From: Candidatus Latescibacterota bacterium | Lineage (GTDB): Bacteria > Latescibacterota > UBA2968 > UBA8231 | NCBI GenBank assembly: GCA_965203355.1 | Contig: OZ241889.1 | Span: 1,920,001-1,984,000 of the forward strand | Length of the DNA stretch: 64,000 nucleotides | Direction of reading: 5' to 3' | Part shown: positions 47,450-57,773 of the stretch, piece by piece | Position numbering within the stretch: position 1 is the stretch's first letter | Layout of the letters: every line of letters begins with the position of its first letter | Program-made: the position numbers and the translations under genes | The notes under the pieces: generated by a model | Databases searched by the model: none | What the model was told of the DNA's origin: nothing | Seen by the model: only the letters and a program-made list of their open reading frames with translations

Positions 47450-50371
47450 ATGAGTAGTACTGCGAGAAAAAGCCTGGTGAGGACCGCGCTACTAGCGCTT
47501 GTGGGATTGGGAATGCTGGGCACCGAAGCCGAAGCGCAGACCTTTCTGCGCAACCGGGATTTCCTCAACCTCGGCCATCCCGAACCGTATTTGAACTACG
47601 GGCGCAAGGAGTACGATCCCTATCCCTCGGTGATCAACGCACGCAATCGCTACGACCGCTTAGGCAATTACCTGTCGCGCGGTTTCAATGTCTTCACGTG
47701 GGAGTTTTCCCGCCCCGGGGAAAGCAATATCAACACCCGTACCGCCCAGTACTTAGGATGGTTCGCCAATCTAGTGATGCTCAACGACTCGTACAAGGGC
47801 TGGAATTACCGAGTGACCTTAGGCGAGGACATCCGCGCCAAGTTTTCCGATCTGACTTTTAGCGATCCGCGCTTCTTTGGCATCCTACTCGACGGTGCTT
47901 CCTCAGATAACAGGTTCACCCTGATGCTGAGCCAAGGCGGCGACCTGTTGAACTACGCCAAGTTTTCGACCTTCAAAGCGACGCGGGAGACCTCGCCCGT
48001 GTTGATTTTTGGCGGTCATTGGGAGACCAAGCTGGGCAATGTGCTGCGCCTGGGGGCCACGTACTTCAACCAGCATATGGCCAATACCGCCGATGAGAAC
48101 GGCTCTTTTCTCAAGGGCGATACCCCCTACAGCATGCTGCCACCCTCTTTCATCGAAGTCATCATCGAGGACGATTCGCCCGACGATATAGGTCGGGTGG
48201 CCACCGTCTATGACGTAGATGTGGTGGTCATCGGCGAGTCGCAGGGGCAGCGGGTGCGTCTGACCAGCATTGAAGGCGATCCCGAATACGACTCGAGTTT
48301 GAAGATGATCGATCCGGTCGGTGGAATCGATGGGGGGTTGTCGGTCGCGGGCGGCGAGCAAGCGATCTTCCGCTTCCAGATGCCGCAATTCAACTTGCCG
48401 GATGCCGAGGTGTACTCGGCCGATCCCGACGGATTTGCTCCGGGGCTGACGATGAAGGCCGTGCGCTTCTTGGCCGATGTCGAGGGCGATTATCGCATTT
48501 TGGTGCGCCAACAGCACTTGTTCTTCGACCAGAGTGCCCACCAGAAAAACGTGGACAAAGTGGCCGAAGGGGACGACAGATACGCTCCGGGCGGCAGGAG
48601 TTACGTCAATCCCTTTACTGGGCTGAAAGGCGATGACGCGATCAAGCCGATCGAAGATGTGCTAGTAGAAAATCCCGACGCCTTCAAGCAGTGGCCGGTG
48701 GCACCGGACCCGAGCACGACTCAGGCTTCGCCGTTTTTGCAATACAAGTGGGATTTGCTCGATCCGACCCGGGTGGGCTATACGGTGCTGCGCTCCGACG
48801 GCAGCGACTCAGGCCGCAAGGTGGTCGAGTTCGACTACGGCATCCCCACCGGCCAGGCACTCTACGGATTGGACTGGGACTTAAATTTCAAAGGGCTAAA
48901 AGTAAAGGGCGAGTTGGTCGCCAATCCCCAGTATTTCCTCTTCCCAGTGGGCAGCAATGCCGGCCAGCGTTTTGACAAGCAAGCCCTCGGCTATTTTCTC
49001 ACGGCCCAAAAGGAAATAGGCCCAATCGAGATCGGGGGCGAAGTTTTCAACCTAGACCCGGACTACAGCGGCAACTACGACAGCGACCGCGGCGGGGTAG
49101 CCTTCTTCAGCGACGATTGCTTCGTGTGTCCGCAGATGCAGGAAATGTCCGTCATGACCGATAATGACGACAACGACCAGTGGCCAGACGAGATGCTCAA
49201 CGAGTTGCCTAGCGCCGAGAAAACGGATTCGGGCATTTTTCCAGGGCTAGACGAAAACAACGACCTAATCCCGGACAGCGACCAGAATTTCAACGGGATC
49301 CCGGACTGGACGGAGCCCATCCTCTTTTACGACGCCGATCCGCCGGATTTCATCTACGGCATTGACTTCAACAACAACGGCGTGGTTGATTACCGCGAAA
49401 ACGACGCTTTGCCCGACTATCCCTACCCCCGCGACCGCCGAGGCGCCCACTTAGTGGCCACCAAGAAAGGCTTGGGGCGTTGGGGCCAATGGGCCTCAGT
49501 CGGCTATTACACCATGGAGGAACCGGCTGGCGGCGGTAAGGCCAAAGCCATGTACGCCCGCTATGAGCACAACTTCACCTCGCCCTATCTGGGTAAAATC
49601 CGCATTAACGAGGACATCAAGCAGGTCCAAGACGACATTCGCGACGATGTGTACATCTGGGAAGATGTGGGTTTTACCCAGCGGATACCCAGCCCTTTTC
49701 CGCACTTGAAAGGTCCGATGATTGAGGCGCGGGATCTCAATTCGCAGATTTTTCCGCCGGATGTCGATCCGCTGAACATGCGCAATAGCTTGGTCAATAC
49801 CTTGTTCATCAGTTCGACGTTTAGGCAGCTTTCCAATCTCAACGTCGTCAACAGCGTCCAATGGATTCGCAACAGCCAAGCCGAAGACGAGTTCGACGAC
49901 AACACCCGACAGGATGCCGGGGTGCTCTCGACCTTTGCGATGGTCAACCGGCTCGACTATACGATCAACGCCGGCAACATTAACATCCGCCCGATGTTCA
50001 AGCACCTGTTGTTGCGCGAGCATTCGAGCATACTCGAAGACGCCACGGGCGACGGCAGTGTTCGTTCGTTCTCGATTTACGCACCCATCGTCAGGACCCG
50101 CTTTGACCTAACGGCCAAGTCCAATCTGCAACTCGGATTTCAGGGTTTTCCCTTCTGGCGGCACACGAGCTTGGACCGGGTGGACGAGCGCAACGATTTT
50201 AAGGAGTGGACGCTGGTGCTGATGATGAGCAACCGCTCGGATCACTACGGCTACAATCTCGCTTCTCAATTCGGCTTTATCCGAACCAGCCGGGAGTACG
50301 ACGATGCCACACGCGCTTCCGATAGCTTCGACAACTCGCGCCTGTTCTTTGATATTGTGGCCGGGTTCTAG
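47450..50371 (+). CDS. Large exported protein, putative outer-membrane barrel with Asp/Asn-rich insert (paralog of 40492)
   Basis: Signal peptide ending AEA-Q; terminal RLFFDIVAGF; motif blocks shared with 40492. Confidence 0.75.
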   Translation: MSSTARKSLVRTALLALVGLGMLGTEAEAQTFLRNRDFLNLGHPEPYLNYGRKEYDPYPSVINARNRYDRLGNYLSRGFNVFTWEFSRPGESNINTRTAQYLGWFANLVMLNDSYKGWNYRVTLGEDIRAKFSDLTFSDPRFFGILLDGASSDNRFTLMLSQGGDLLNYAKFSTFKATRETSPVLIFGGHWETKLGNVLRLGATYFNQHMANTADENGSFLKGDTPYSMLPPSFIEVIIEDDSPDDIGRVATVYDVDVVVIGESQGQRVRLTSIEGDPEYDSSLKMIDPVGGIDGGLSVAGGEQAIFRFQMPQFNLPDAEVYSADPDGFAPGLTMKAVRFLADVEGDYRILVRQQHLFFDQSAHQKNVDKVAEGDDRYAPGGRSYVNPFTGLKGDDAIKPIEDVLVENPDAFKQWPVAPDPSTTQASPFLQYKWDLLDPTRVGYTVLRSDGSDSGRKVVEFDYGIPTGQALYGLDWDLNFKGLKVKGELVANPQYFLFPVGSNAGQRFDKQALGYFLTAQKEIGPIEIGGEVFNLDPDYSGNYDSDRGGVAFFSDDCFVCPQMQEMSVMTDNDDNDQWPDEMLNELPSAEKTDSGIFPGLDENNDLIPDSDQNFNGIPDWTEPILFYDADPPDFIYGIDFNNNGVVDYRENDALPDYPYPRDRRGAHLVATKKGLGRWGQWASVGYYTMEEPAGGGKAKAMYARYEHNFTSPYLGKIRINEDIKQVQDDIRDDVYIWEDVGFTQRIPSPFPHLKGPMIEARDLNSQIFPPDVDPLNMRNSLVNTLFISSTFRQLSNLNVVNSVQWIRNSQAEDEFDDNTRQDAGVLSTFAMVNRLDYTINAGNINIRPMFKHLLLREHSSILEDATGDGSVRSFSIYAPIVRTRFDLTAKSNLQLGFQGFPFWRHTSLDRVDERNDFKEWTLVLMMSNRSDHYGYNLASQFGFIRTSREYDDATRASDSFDNSRLFFDIVAGF

Positions 50372-50388
50372 GCTAGGAGGTTGACGCC

Positions 50389-53300
50389 ATGATTCTGGTA
50401 AATCTGCTGCTAATCGCAGCCGTTGGCGCGGTCGCCAGCCTGAGTACGCGCTTTTTCTCGCCAGTGGAATTGCAAGACCGTTTCGAGGAGGGACAGAAGC
50501 TCTATGCGCTCGGGGACTACGACAAAGCCATTGAGCGCTATGAGGTCATTCTCTCCACCGAAAGCAATGCCATGATCAACGTGGAGGATGTAACCGTAGC
50601 GGTGGACGAGTTCATTCTGCCGGTGCGCGTGGGGGCCACCTACCAGCTAGGCAATACCTATAACAAGCTGGGTCTCGAAAAGTTGCAGCGCTCGCAGTTT
50701 TTGCGCTCAGAGCAAAAGGAAGCCGAGGCCGATGCTCGCTACGAGGAGGCCCTACAAGATCTCAACAAAAGCCGAGACCTCTTCCGCAGCCTAGCCGCGG
50801 ACGAGCGCGTTGATGATCGCACTCGGGTGATGGCGCAGTACCAGATGATTCAGACCAGTTATCAACTTAAGGAGTACGAGCAGGTCATCGAGGAAGGGAA
50901 CCAACTGCTGCACAACTTCTCCCACAGCCTGTACGAGGCATCGGTTCACTACGACCGAGCGTGGTCCTATTTTGAGTTGGAGCGCTATGACGAGGCCATC
51001 GCCAGTTTCAAGCAGGTGTTGATCTTGGCTCCCAGAGGCTCTAACGCCGACCGCTCGCTCTTCCAGATCGCCGAGAGCTACGACAAGCTAGGGCAATATG
51101 AAGATGCGCTGGAGTACCTCGACCGCCTCATCGCCCGCTACGATTTCGCGCAGATGACCGAGGAAGAAATCATCGAAATGACCACCCTCAAGCTCAAGGG
51201 GTTGGTCAAGGAGACCGCGCGCGAGCTAGTCGCCAAAGCTCACCTGAAAAAGGGCGATATTTACGCGCGCAACAGCGAGGTCGCCAAGGCGCTCGCCGCC
51301 TATGCCGTAATCCCGGCCGAATACGCGGTTGAGCCGATCTTGGTGCAAAATAGCTATATCCGCACCGCCGAATTGGTGCAGAAGGAACGGGGCACGACAG
51401 CGGCCATCGCCGCGTACAAGGATGCCATCGAAAAGGTCGAAGACAAGCTGTTTCAGGCGCGTACGCAGCTAACGGTCGCCCTGATGCTTTTCGACCAACA
51501 GCAGTACCGCAAGTCGGCCCAAGAGTACGAGATATACCTCAATGCCTACGGCGATGTGGCCCAGCGCATCGGCTTCGACCGCTACAAGGTTCTCTTTCGC
51601 ATCGCCCAGTGCCACCAAGAATACGGGCGGCAGATTCGCGGCGCAGATCCGGCTAGCGCAGACGAGGAGATCGCCAAGGCACTCGAAGGCTACGACCAGC
51701 TTTTGAGCCAGCGCGAGGACCATGTCCTGATACCGGACGTGCTTTTTAACGCGGGCTTTGCCAACCAAATCCTCGAGAAAAACGAAGTAGCGCGGCCGCT
51801 GTACCAGCGGTTAGTCGATGAATATGCAGACCATCCGGCGGCGCCCAACGGCCTTTTGCAGTTGGCCCGCATCGCCTATGCTGCCTCCGATCTCAAGCGG
51901 GCCGAGGATCTCTATAAATCCTTCCTCAACCGCTTCCCGGATTCGCAACTGCGCCATACGACGCGGATGGAGTTGGGGCTCACCTACAAGCGCCTTGAGG
52001 ACTCAGATAACGCCATCGCCGCCTATGAGACGGTGGAAGAGGGTTGGGACAAGTGGCCCACCGTGCAGGTCGAGTTGGCCGAGCTATACCTGGGCAAACG
52101 AGAATACGAAAAGGCGCGCCAGGCCCTAGTGCGCGCCTTGGATCGAGCCGGTGACGACACCCTAAAGAGCCAGATGTACTACACCTTGGCCCGAGTGCAT
52201 TTTGCCGAGGATAATTTCGCCGGTGCGATCCGCGCTTGGGGACAGGCCATTGCGCTGAATCCGCCTGAGCACCTCTTGCAAAATTCGCTGCTGGCCCGCG
52301 GCGGTGCGTACTACGAGGTCGCCAAACAGCAAGACGCGGTCGGCGACACGGCCCAAGCGCGCGTAAGTTATGAGGCATCGCTGGCGGACATGAAGGCCCT
52401 GCTCGAAAGCGCGCCCGCACCCCAGATAAAGGACAGCGCCTTCCGCACCCTCGGCGCGGGCATGATCCGCTTGGGGCGGCAAGAAGAGGCGGCTAGCTAC
52501 TATCGAGAACTCATTGCCGCGTCGGGCGACCCGCAAGAGCAGGCGACCTTTAGCATGCTCCTGACGGAGCTGTACTACGATCAGCAGGACTTTGTCCAAG
52601 CCGAAAAGTTCGCTCGTCAGCTCCTCGACATGCCGTTTGAAGACGACAATCAGGCGGGTTACTACCGCAAAGAACGCGCCTATTCCATCATCGGCAATGC
52701 GCTGCTACAGCAAAAGGAGTACGAGGAAGCGGCCCGCGTCTTTGCCCAAGGGCTCAAGCGCTATCCGAATTCGGGCGAGAGCGGCAACTTGGCCTTCTCC
52801 AAGGGTTTTGCCGAAATCAGCTACGGCAACTACGATACAGCAGCCAAGAGCTTCAAATCCTTTGTCGACACCTATCCGCGCAACGCCAACCGCATTCACG
52901 GCCAGTACTATCTGGCCCACAGCCTCCAAGCCCTGACGCGGTTTAAGGAGGCCGCGGCCGCTTTTAGCGAACTGGTCGAGCGCGATCGCCAGTCCCAATA
53001 CGAAGAAGAAGCGCTTTTTCTCATCGGCGAAAACCACTACAACGATCAAGCCTTTGCCGCGGCCGCGACCGCATACCAAGCACTCTTGGCCAAATATCCC
53101 CAAGGGCCATACGGCGGGTCGGCGCAGTACGCGTTGGCTTGGTCTTTTGTCGAACAAGAGGAGATGGAGCAAGCAGTAGGCGCGATGCAAGGCCTAGTTG
53201 CCAATTACCCCGAGAGCGAATTTGCCCCCAAAGCGCAGTTTACCATTGGCGACTACTACTACAATATCCAGTCTTATGACGAGGCCATGACGGCCTACGA

Positions 53301-53661
53301 GAAAGTACTCAAGCTATATCCCAACTCCGAAGAGGCGTCGCGGGCCACGGCGTTGGTAGCAGAGCTACGCGAGATCCAAGCCAGCTTTAGCTACAACGAG
53401 GCCATGAAGCTCTTTGAAGCCAAAGACTACGAGCGGGCCGTGCCCGCGCTACAGAAAATCATCCGCGATTATCCCGGCACCCATACCGAATTGGCGGCCT
53501 ACTGCAACTTGGGGCTGGTCTATGAAATCACGCGCCAGTGGTCGCAGGCCGTGGAAAAGTATCAGGTCGTGGAAGAAAAGGGTGGGGACGATCCGGAAAA
53601 CGCCGACGTGGTCGGTTTTGCCAAGCTACACCGAGAATGGATTGTGGAAAATCGGCTCTAG
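50389..53661 (+). CDS. 1090-aa TPR protein (BamD/CpoB-like repeats)
   Basis: AGGAGG RBS; N-terminal hydrophobic segment; many A.F.IG..Y...Y..A...Y..L...YP.S repeats. Confidence 0.88.
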   Translation: MILVNLLLIAAVGAVASLSTRFFSPVELQDRFEEGQKLYALGDYDKAIERYEVILSTESNAMINVEDVTVAVDEFILPVRVGATYQLGNTYNKLGLEKLQRSQFLRSEQKEAEADARYEEALQDLNKSRDLFRSLAADERVDDRTRVMAQYQMIQTSYQLKEYEQVIEEGNQLLHNFSHSLYEASVHYDRAWSYFELERYDEAIASFKQVLILAPRGSNADRSLFQIAESYDKLGQYEDALEYLDRLIARYDFAQMTEEEIIEMTTLKLKGLVKETARELVAKAHLKKGDIYARNSEVAKALAAYAVIPAEYAVEPILVQNSYIRTAELVQKERGTTAAIAAYKDAIEKVEDKLFQARTQLTVALMLFDQQQYRKSAQEYEIYLNAYGDVAQRIGFDRYKVLFRIAQCHQEYGRQIRGADPASADEEIAKALEGYDQLLSQREDHVLIPDVLFNAGFANQILEKNEVARPLYQRLVDEYADHPAAPNGLLQLARIAYAASDLKRAEDLYKSFLNRFPDSQLRHTTRMELGLTYKRLEDSDNAIAAYETVEEGWDKWPTVQVELAELYLGKREYEKARQALVRALDRAGDDTLKSQMYYTLARVHFAEDNFAGAIRAWGQAIALNPPEHLLQNSLLARGGAYYEVAKQQDAVGDTAQARVSYEASLADMKALLESAPAPQIKDSAFRTLGAGMIRLGRQEEAASYYRELIAASGDPQEQATFSMLLTELYYDQQDFVQAEKFARQLLDMPFEDDNQAGYYRKERAYSIIGNALLQQKEYEEAARVFAQGLKRYPNSGESGNLAFSKGFAEISYGNYDTAAKSFKSFVDTYPRNANRIHGQYYLAHSLQALTRFKEAAAAFSELVERDRQSQYEEEALFLIGENHYNDQAFAAAATAYQALLAKYPQGPYGGSAQYALAWSFVEQEEMEQAVGAMQGLVANYPESEFAPKAQFTIGDYYYNIQSYDEAMTAYEKVLKLYPNSEEASRATALVAELREIQASFSYNEAMKLFEAKDYERAVPALQKIIRDYPGTHTELAAYCNLGLVYEITRQWSQAVEKYQVVEEKGGDDPENADVVGFAKLHREWIVENRL

Positions 53662-53709
53662 TGAGGTTTTAACGCAACGCACAGTAGGACACAATACCGG
53701 GAGGTTGTA

Positions 53710-54384
53710 ATGGAGCAGAATTTTTTAGTCGACCAGTTTTTCAAGGGCGGGCCTATCATGTGGCCCCTGTTGCTCTGCTTGCTGATCGCCCTAGCCATCA
53801 TCATCGAACGGCTGTGGCGGCTGCTGACGGTCCCGGGCGAAGAGGAAGCCGAACAGCAGCTCAACCAGGCCGAGGACGTGCTCAGAAGCCAAGGCGAAGG
53901 CGGGGCCGTTGAGCTGTTTCGCGACGGCCGTGGCGTGCTCAACTTCATCTTTGCCGCGTTGGTGAAGCGCTACGATACCTTGGTGCTCGAAAATCGCACG
54001 GATCTAGAGGACATGCGCCAAGAGTTGATTTTGGCCACTGAGGAAGCCGGCGAGATGTATCTCGGCCGGCTGCTCAACGCGCTCGGAACCATTGGCGTCC
54101 TTTCTCCGCTGATGGGGTTGTTGGGCACGATCATGGGTATGATTAATGCCTTTGACGCGATTGCCCGCGCTGGGGCTGGCGATCCGGCGGCGGTGGCCAG
54201 TGGTATTTCCGAAGCCCTGATCACGACGGCCAGCGGCCTCATCGTCGCCATTCCGACCATCGTCTTCCACCGCTACCTCTCCGGCCGGGCGGAAAAGGTT
54301 TTCAAGAGCGTGGAGCTGTACTGCCACGCCTTCGCCAATACCCTGCTGGTGCGCTTCCAAGCTAGTCAGCGGGAGGCCAGTTAG
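53710..54384 (+). CDS. exbB: MotA/TolQ/ExbB proton-channel protein
   Basis: GGPIMWPL, SPLMGLLGTIMGMINAF, ASGISEALITTASGLIVAIP. Confidence 0.92.
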   Translation: MEQNFLVDQFFKGGPIMWPLLLCLLIALAIIIERLWRLLTVPGEEEAEQQLNQAEDVLRSQGEGGAVELFRDGRGVLNFIFAALVKRYDTLVLENRTDLEDMRQELILATEEAGEMYLGRLLNALGTIGVLSPLMGLLGTIMGMINAFDAIARAGAGDPAAVASGISEALITTASGLIVAIPTIVFHRYLSGRAEKVFKSVELYCHAFANTLLVRFQASQREAS

Positions 54385-54402
54385 GCAGAAAGAGACGCGG
54401 CC

Positions 54403-54822
54403 ATGCGGCAGAGACGAAAGAGCGGATTTGGCAAAAGGGCCTTTAAGACCTCGGAAAACCCGGATCTGACTCCGCTGATCAACTGCATGTTCTTGCTGTT
54501 GGTTTTCTTTATGGTGGCGACCACCTTCGTCAATCCCAAGGGGTTGAGCGTAGATCTGCCAGGGGGCGAAGGCGAGTCGAGAGCGACCAAGGACATGAAC
54601 ATCGTGATCGACCCGGATCAGACGATCCAAGTCAACGGCGAGGTCACGGATAAGGCGCGGTTGGCGGAAAAGATCCGGCAAGTCATTGAGACGGACAACA
54701 CCAAGAACGTGATTTTGGAGTCCGCGCGCTCAATACCGCACGCCTACGTGGTGCAGGTGATGGACATCGCCCGCGGCGAGGGCATTGAGGCCATTGCTTT
54801 CGCCAAGAGCGGAGAAGGATAG
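54403..54822 (+). CDS. exbD: ExbD/TolR family protein (TM Asp replaced by Asn)
   Basis: DLTPLINCMFLLLVFFMV, VDLP, VVQVMDIARGEGI. Confidence 0.88.
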   Translation: MRQRRKSGFGKRAFKTSENPDLTPLINCMFLLLVFFMVATTFVNPKGLSVDLPGGEGESRATKDMNIVIDPDQTIQVNGEVTDKARLAEKIRQVIETDNTKNVILESARSIPHAYVVQVMDIARGEGIEAIAFAKSGEG

Positions 54823-54826
54823 CGCC

Positions 54827-55246
54827 ATGGCTAAACGGAGACAATCGCTGGCCGAAAAAGCGGGCGAGTTTGAGCTGAACCTGACGCCGATGATCGACGC
54901 CGTGTTCCTGCTGCTGATCTTCTTTATGACCACCACGGTCTTTGTCAAGGCCACCCAGCTCAAGATCGAGCTGCCCGACTCGGTTCACTACGACCAACTC
55001 AAAGCCGAAAAGAAGCTGAATCTGCGCATCTCAAGCGAGGGCCAGCTTGAGATCAACGGCCAGTTCGTGGCGATGGGGCAGCTCGCGCGCTGGTTAGAGC
55101 GAGAAAAGGTCCGCACCGGTTCAGCGACGCTGATTATCACCGCGGACGCGGACGCGGCGCACGGCCATATCATCGACGCCATGGAAATGGCCACCATGGC
55201 GGGCGTAGAAAAAATCGACATTGAAACCGAGGAACCAACCAATTGA
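54827..55246 (+). CDS. exbD: ExbD/TolR family protein (canonical Asp)
   Basis: NLTPMIDAVFLLLIFFM, IELP, IITADADAAHG. Confidence 0.9.
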   Translation: MAKRRQSLAEKAGEFELNLTPMIDAVFLLLIFFMTTTVFVKATQLKIELPDSVHYDQLKAEKKLNLRISSEGQLEINGQFVAMGQLARWLEREKVRTGSATLIITADADAAHGHIIDAMEMATMAGVEKIDIETEEPTN

Positions 55247-55277
55247 CGACTGGTAGCAAAACGGGAGTTGCAATTTT

Positions 55278-56045
55278 ATGAGAGCAAAGTACATGGGGCT
55301 CGTCGGCTTAGTGGCGCTCGGGTTGGTCTGGAGCTGCGGGGGGCTGGTGCCGCCCGAAATGGTGTACGATCTGCATGTGATGCCCGTCCCGCCCGCAGGC
55401 CGCGGCGACTACACCATCGATCCAGACGACAGCTCGATGGTCTTTAGCAAAGAGGGGCTTTTAATCCGGGTGCGACACCTGAGCGACGCCGAGCTCAACG
55501 GGCGCTTCCCGCCCCTGTACGACGGTCGCCACGTCAACCCCTACACCCGCGACGACCTTGATCCCGAAAAGGGCTACATCCCTCCGAGATTCACCGTTTT
55601 TGAAGTCGAGGTCATAAACAAGACCTATGCCAAGATCGAGTTCGATCCGGCCAAGGCGATCATGGAATCGGGCGGCGAGACCTATCGCTACTACGATCCC
55701 GGGCGCGAAGGGGCTGTCGTGGAGGGAGGCAACAGCTTCACCAAGTACTACAAAATGGAGCTGGGCACTTCGGGCAATGAGCGCGAAATCAACTTGGAGC
55801 GCATGGGCATTATCTACAAGACGGTCTTTCATCGCGATCGACCGATCTTCCGCGATAGCCGCCAAAAAGGCATGTTGGTCTTTGATCCATTGCTGCCGGA
55901 AAACGACGAGTTGCTGCTCACATTCCGCGAATTCGTGCTTTCGTTTGACGCCAGTGGCAATCCCGAAGAGACCATTGACGTCGAGTTCCGTTTTGCCGTG
56001 GACCAAGGAACGAGGGAAAAGGCTGGCGCGAGCGGAGCGGGTTGA
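55278..56045 (+). CDS. Hypothetical lipoprotein (paralog of 43469)
   Basis: LVWSC lipobox; YTIDPDDSS, YIPPRFTVFEVEVINKT, GNPEETIDVEFRFAVDQG. Confidence 0.75.
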   Translation: MRAKYMGLVGLVALGLVWSCGGLVPPEMVYDLHVMPVPPAGRGDYTIDPDDSSMVFSKEGLLIRVRHLSDAELNGRFPPLYDGRHVNPYTRDDLDPEKGYIPPRFTVFEVEVINKTYAKIEFDPAKAIMESGGETYRYYDPGREGAVVEGGNSFTKYYKMELGTSGNEREINLERMGIIYKTVFHRDRPIFRDSRQKGMLVFDPLLPENDELLLTFREFVLSFDASGNPEETIDVEFRFAVDQGTREKAGASGAG

Positions 56046-56107
56046 ATATCACTATGGCAGGACATCTCATTGCGAGGGGCTGGACCTTCCGTCTAGCTCC
56101 TCTTTTT

Positions 56108-57760
56108 ATGCACAAAACGCGGTTGGTCGGCCTGCTAGTCGGGGCCTGCATTAGCTGTGGCCAAGAGCGGCCGGACAACGCCCATCTGTTGGCCAAAGTC
56201 GGCGCGGTCGAGATTACCGCGTCCGATCTCCACGCCTTTGAAGCCAACCTCAAAACAGCCGCCTTGCGCGCCGAGCACCGGAACAATTTGCAGACGCTCA
56301 TTGACCGCGAGGTGTTGCTCTTGGCGGCCAATGCACGCGCGTTGCAGCGCGACCAAGCGGTCTTAGCCGAACTTGCCAAGCGCGAGACCAAAGCCCTCGC
56401 CGATGCGATGTTGCAGCGCAATGTCGAGGCTAAGATCGCGGTGACTAAAGACGACATCGAAAAAGCCTATGCGCGGCCGGGATGGTCAGAAAAGGTCACC
56501 ACTATGGAGATTTTTGTGCCCGACCGAAAACAGGCGCGGCAGGTAACAAGTGCTTTGGCACAGGGCGAGGATTTTGCGGAAGTGGGCCGTCAATTCGCCG
56601 CGGATCCCTATTATGGCGTGCATACTGGTGAAGTCCGGCAGGTGGCCTATTCACCTTTTGATAGTCCCCGCGCCCTAGCCCAAGCCGTCTTTGCCCTACC
56701 CGTGGGCGGCGCGACCGAGCCGATACCTTTTCACGGTGGATTCGTCATCGCCAAAGTGGCGGAGCGTCGTCGCGCCGAATTGATCGAGGTCGAGGACGGC
56801 ATCCGCGAGGCGCTCGGCGACGAGCAGCAAAAGCAACGGCGCGAATCGTACCTGCGGCATCTCAAGTGGGACTTGGAGACGGTTTTTGACGCCGAAGGCA
56901 TGGATATTGTAGTAAGCGTCTTACAGGGCGCGGCTAAACTGGTGGACTTGGGCGAGGCCGAGCGCCAGCACCCGGTCTATGCTTTCGAGGGCTTGCAGAT
57001 GGATGTGGCCGAGGTCTTAGAAGCCGTGCGGCCATCGGGCCGATTGTGGCCGGAAGCCACGGCCGACGCCGTCAACGAGAAACTATCCGCGGACCACTTT
57101 CCCAACCGCCTTATGGCCCACGACGCCCGGCGCAAGGGCCTTGATAAAACCGAGGCTTTTGCGCGTGCGCACGAACTAGCGTTGGGCAATCTGATGCTGA
57201 TAGCGCTGCGCGAGCAGATCTTGGCCGAGGCTCCCGCGCCGACCGAGGACGAGCTACGGGCCTTCTACGAGGAGCACAAGCACCGCTTTCGCACGCCCGC
57301 GCACGCCCGTTTAGAGGAAATCTTGCTCGAAACCCCGAGCGAGGCGCGTCAGATTGCAGCGCAGATTGCGGCCGGTGCCGAGTGGGCGGAATTGGCCCGC
57401 GTCCACAGCGTGCGCCGCAACGCCGAAGACGGCCTCCTGTACGTGTCCGAATCACAGGCTCCCTTTTTGGGGGAGGCTTGGATGAATGCGGTGATGAACG
57501 CCGAACTGAATCAACTCCAAGGGCCGATCCAAACGAGGGGAGGCTATTCGATCTTTCGGGTTATCGAACGCTCCCCAGCGGTTTATCACGACCTAGCGCT
57601 AGCGCGGGTGCGGAATTCGGTGGAGCGGGACGTGCGAGAGCGCGTGGAGCGGGCGTTCTTCAATAGCTATCTGCGCGATTTGCGCCAAAAATACGCCGAG
57701 CAGATTGACGTGTACGAAGAACACCTGCGGCATTTAGACGACGAGTCGGTGCAGAACTGA
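56108..57760 (+). CDS. Parvulin-type peptidyl-prolyl isomerase (SurA/PrsA-like, two rotamase domains)
   Basis: LAKVGAVEIT, LIDREVLL, GEDFAEVGRQF, GAEWAELARVHS, GPIQTRGGYSIFRV. Confidence 0.85.
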   Translation: MHKTRLVGLLVGACISCGQERPDNAHLLAKVGAVEITASDLHAFEANLKTAALRAEHRNNLQTLIDREVLLLAANARALQRDQAVLAELAKRETKALADAMLQRNVEAKIAVTKDDIEKAYARPGWSEKVTTMEIFVPDRKQARQVTSALAQGEDFAEVGRQFAADPYYGVHTGEVRQVAYSPFDSPRALAQAVFALPVGGATEPIPFHGGFVIAKVAERRRAELIEVEDGIREALGDEQQKQRRESYLRHLKWDLETVFDAEGMDIVVSVLQGAAKLVDLGEAERQHPVYAFEGLQMDVAEVLEAVRPSGRLWPEATADAVNEKLSADHFPNRLMAHDARRKGLDKTEAFARAHELALGNLMLIALREQILAEAPAPTEDELRAFYEEHKHRFRTPAHARLEEILLETPSEARQIAAQIAAGAEWAELARVHSVRRNAEDGLLYVSESQAPFLGEAWMNAVMNAELNQLQGPIQTRGGYSIFRVIERSPAVYHDLALARVRNSVERDVRERVERAFFNSYLRDLRQKYAEQIDVYEEHLRHLDDESVQN

Positions 57761-57773
57761 GCAAACGAGGGGA

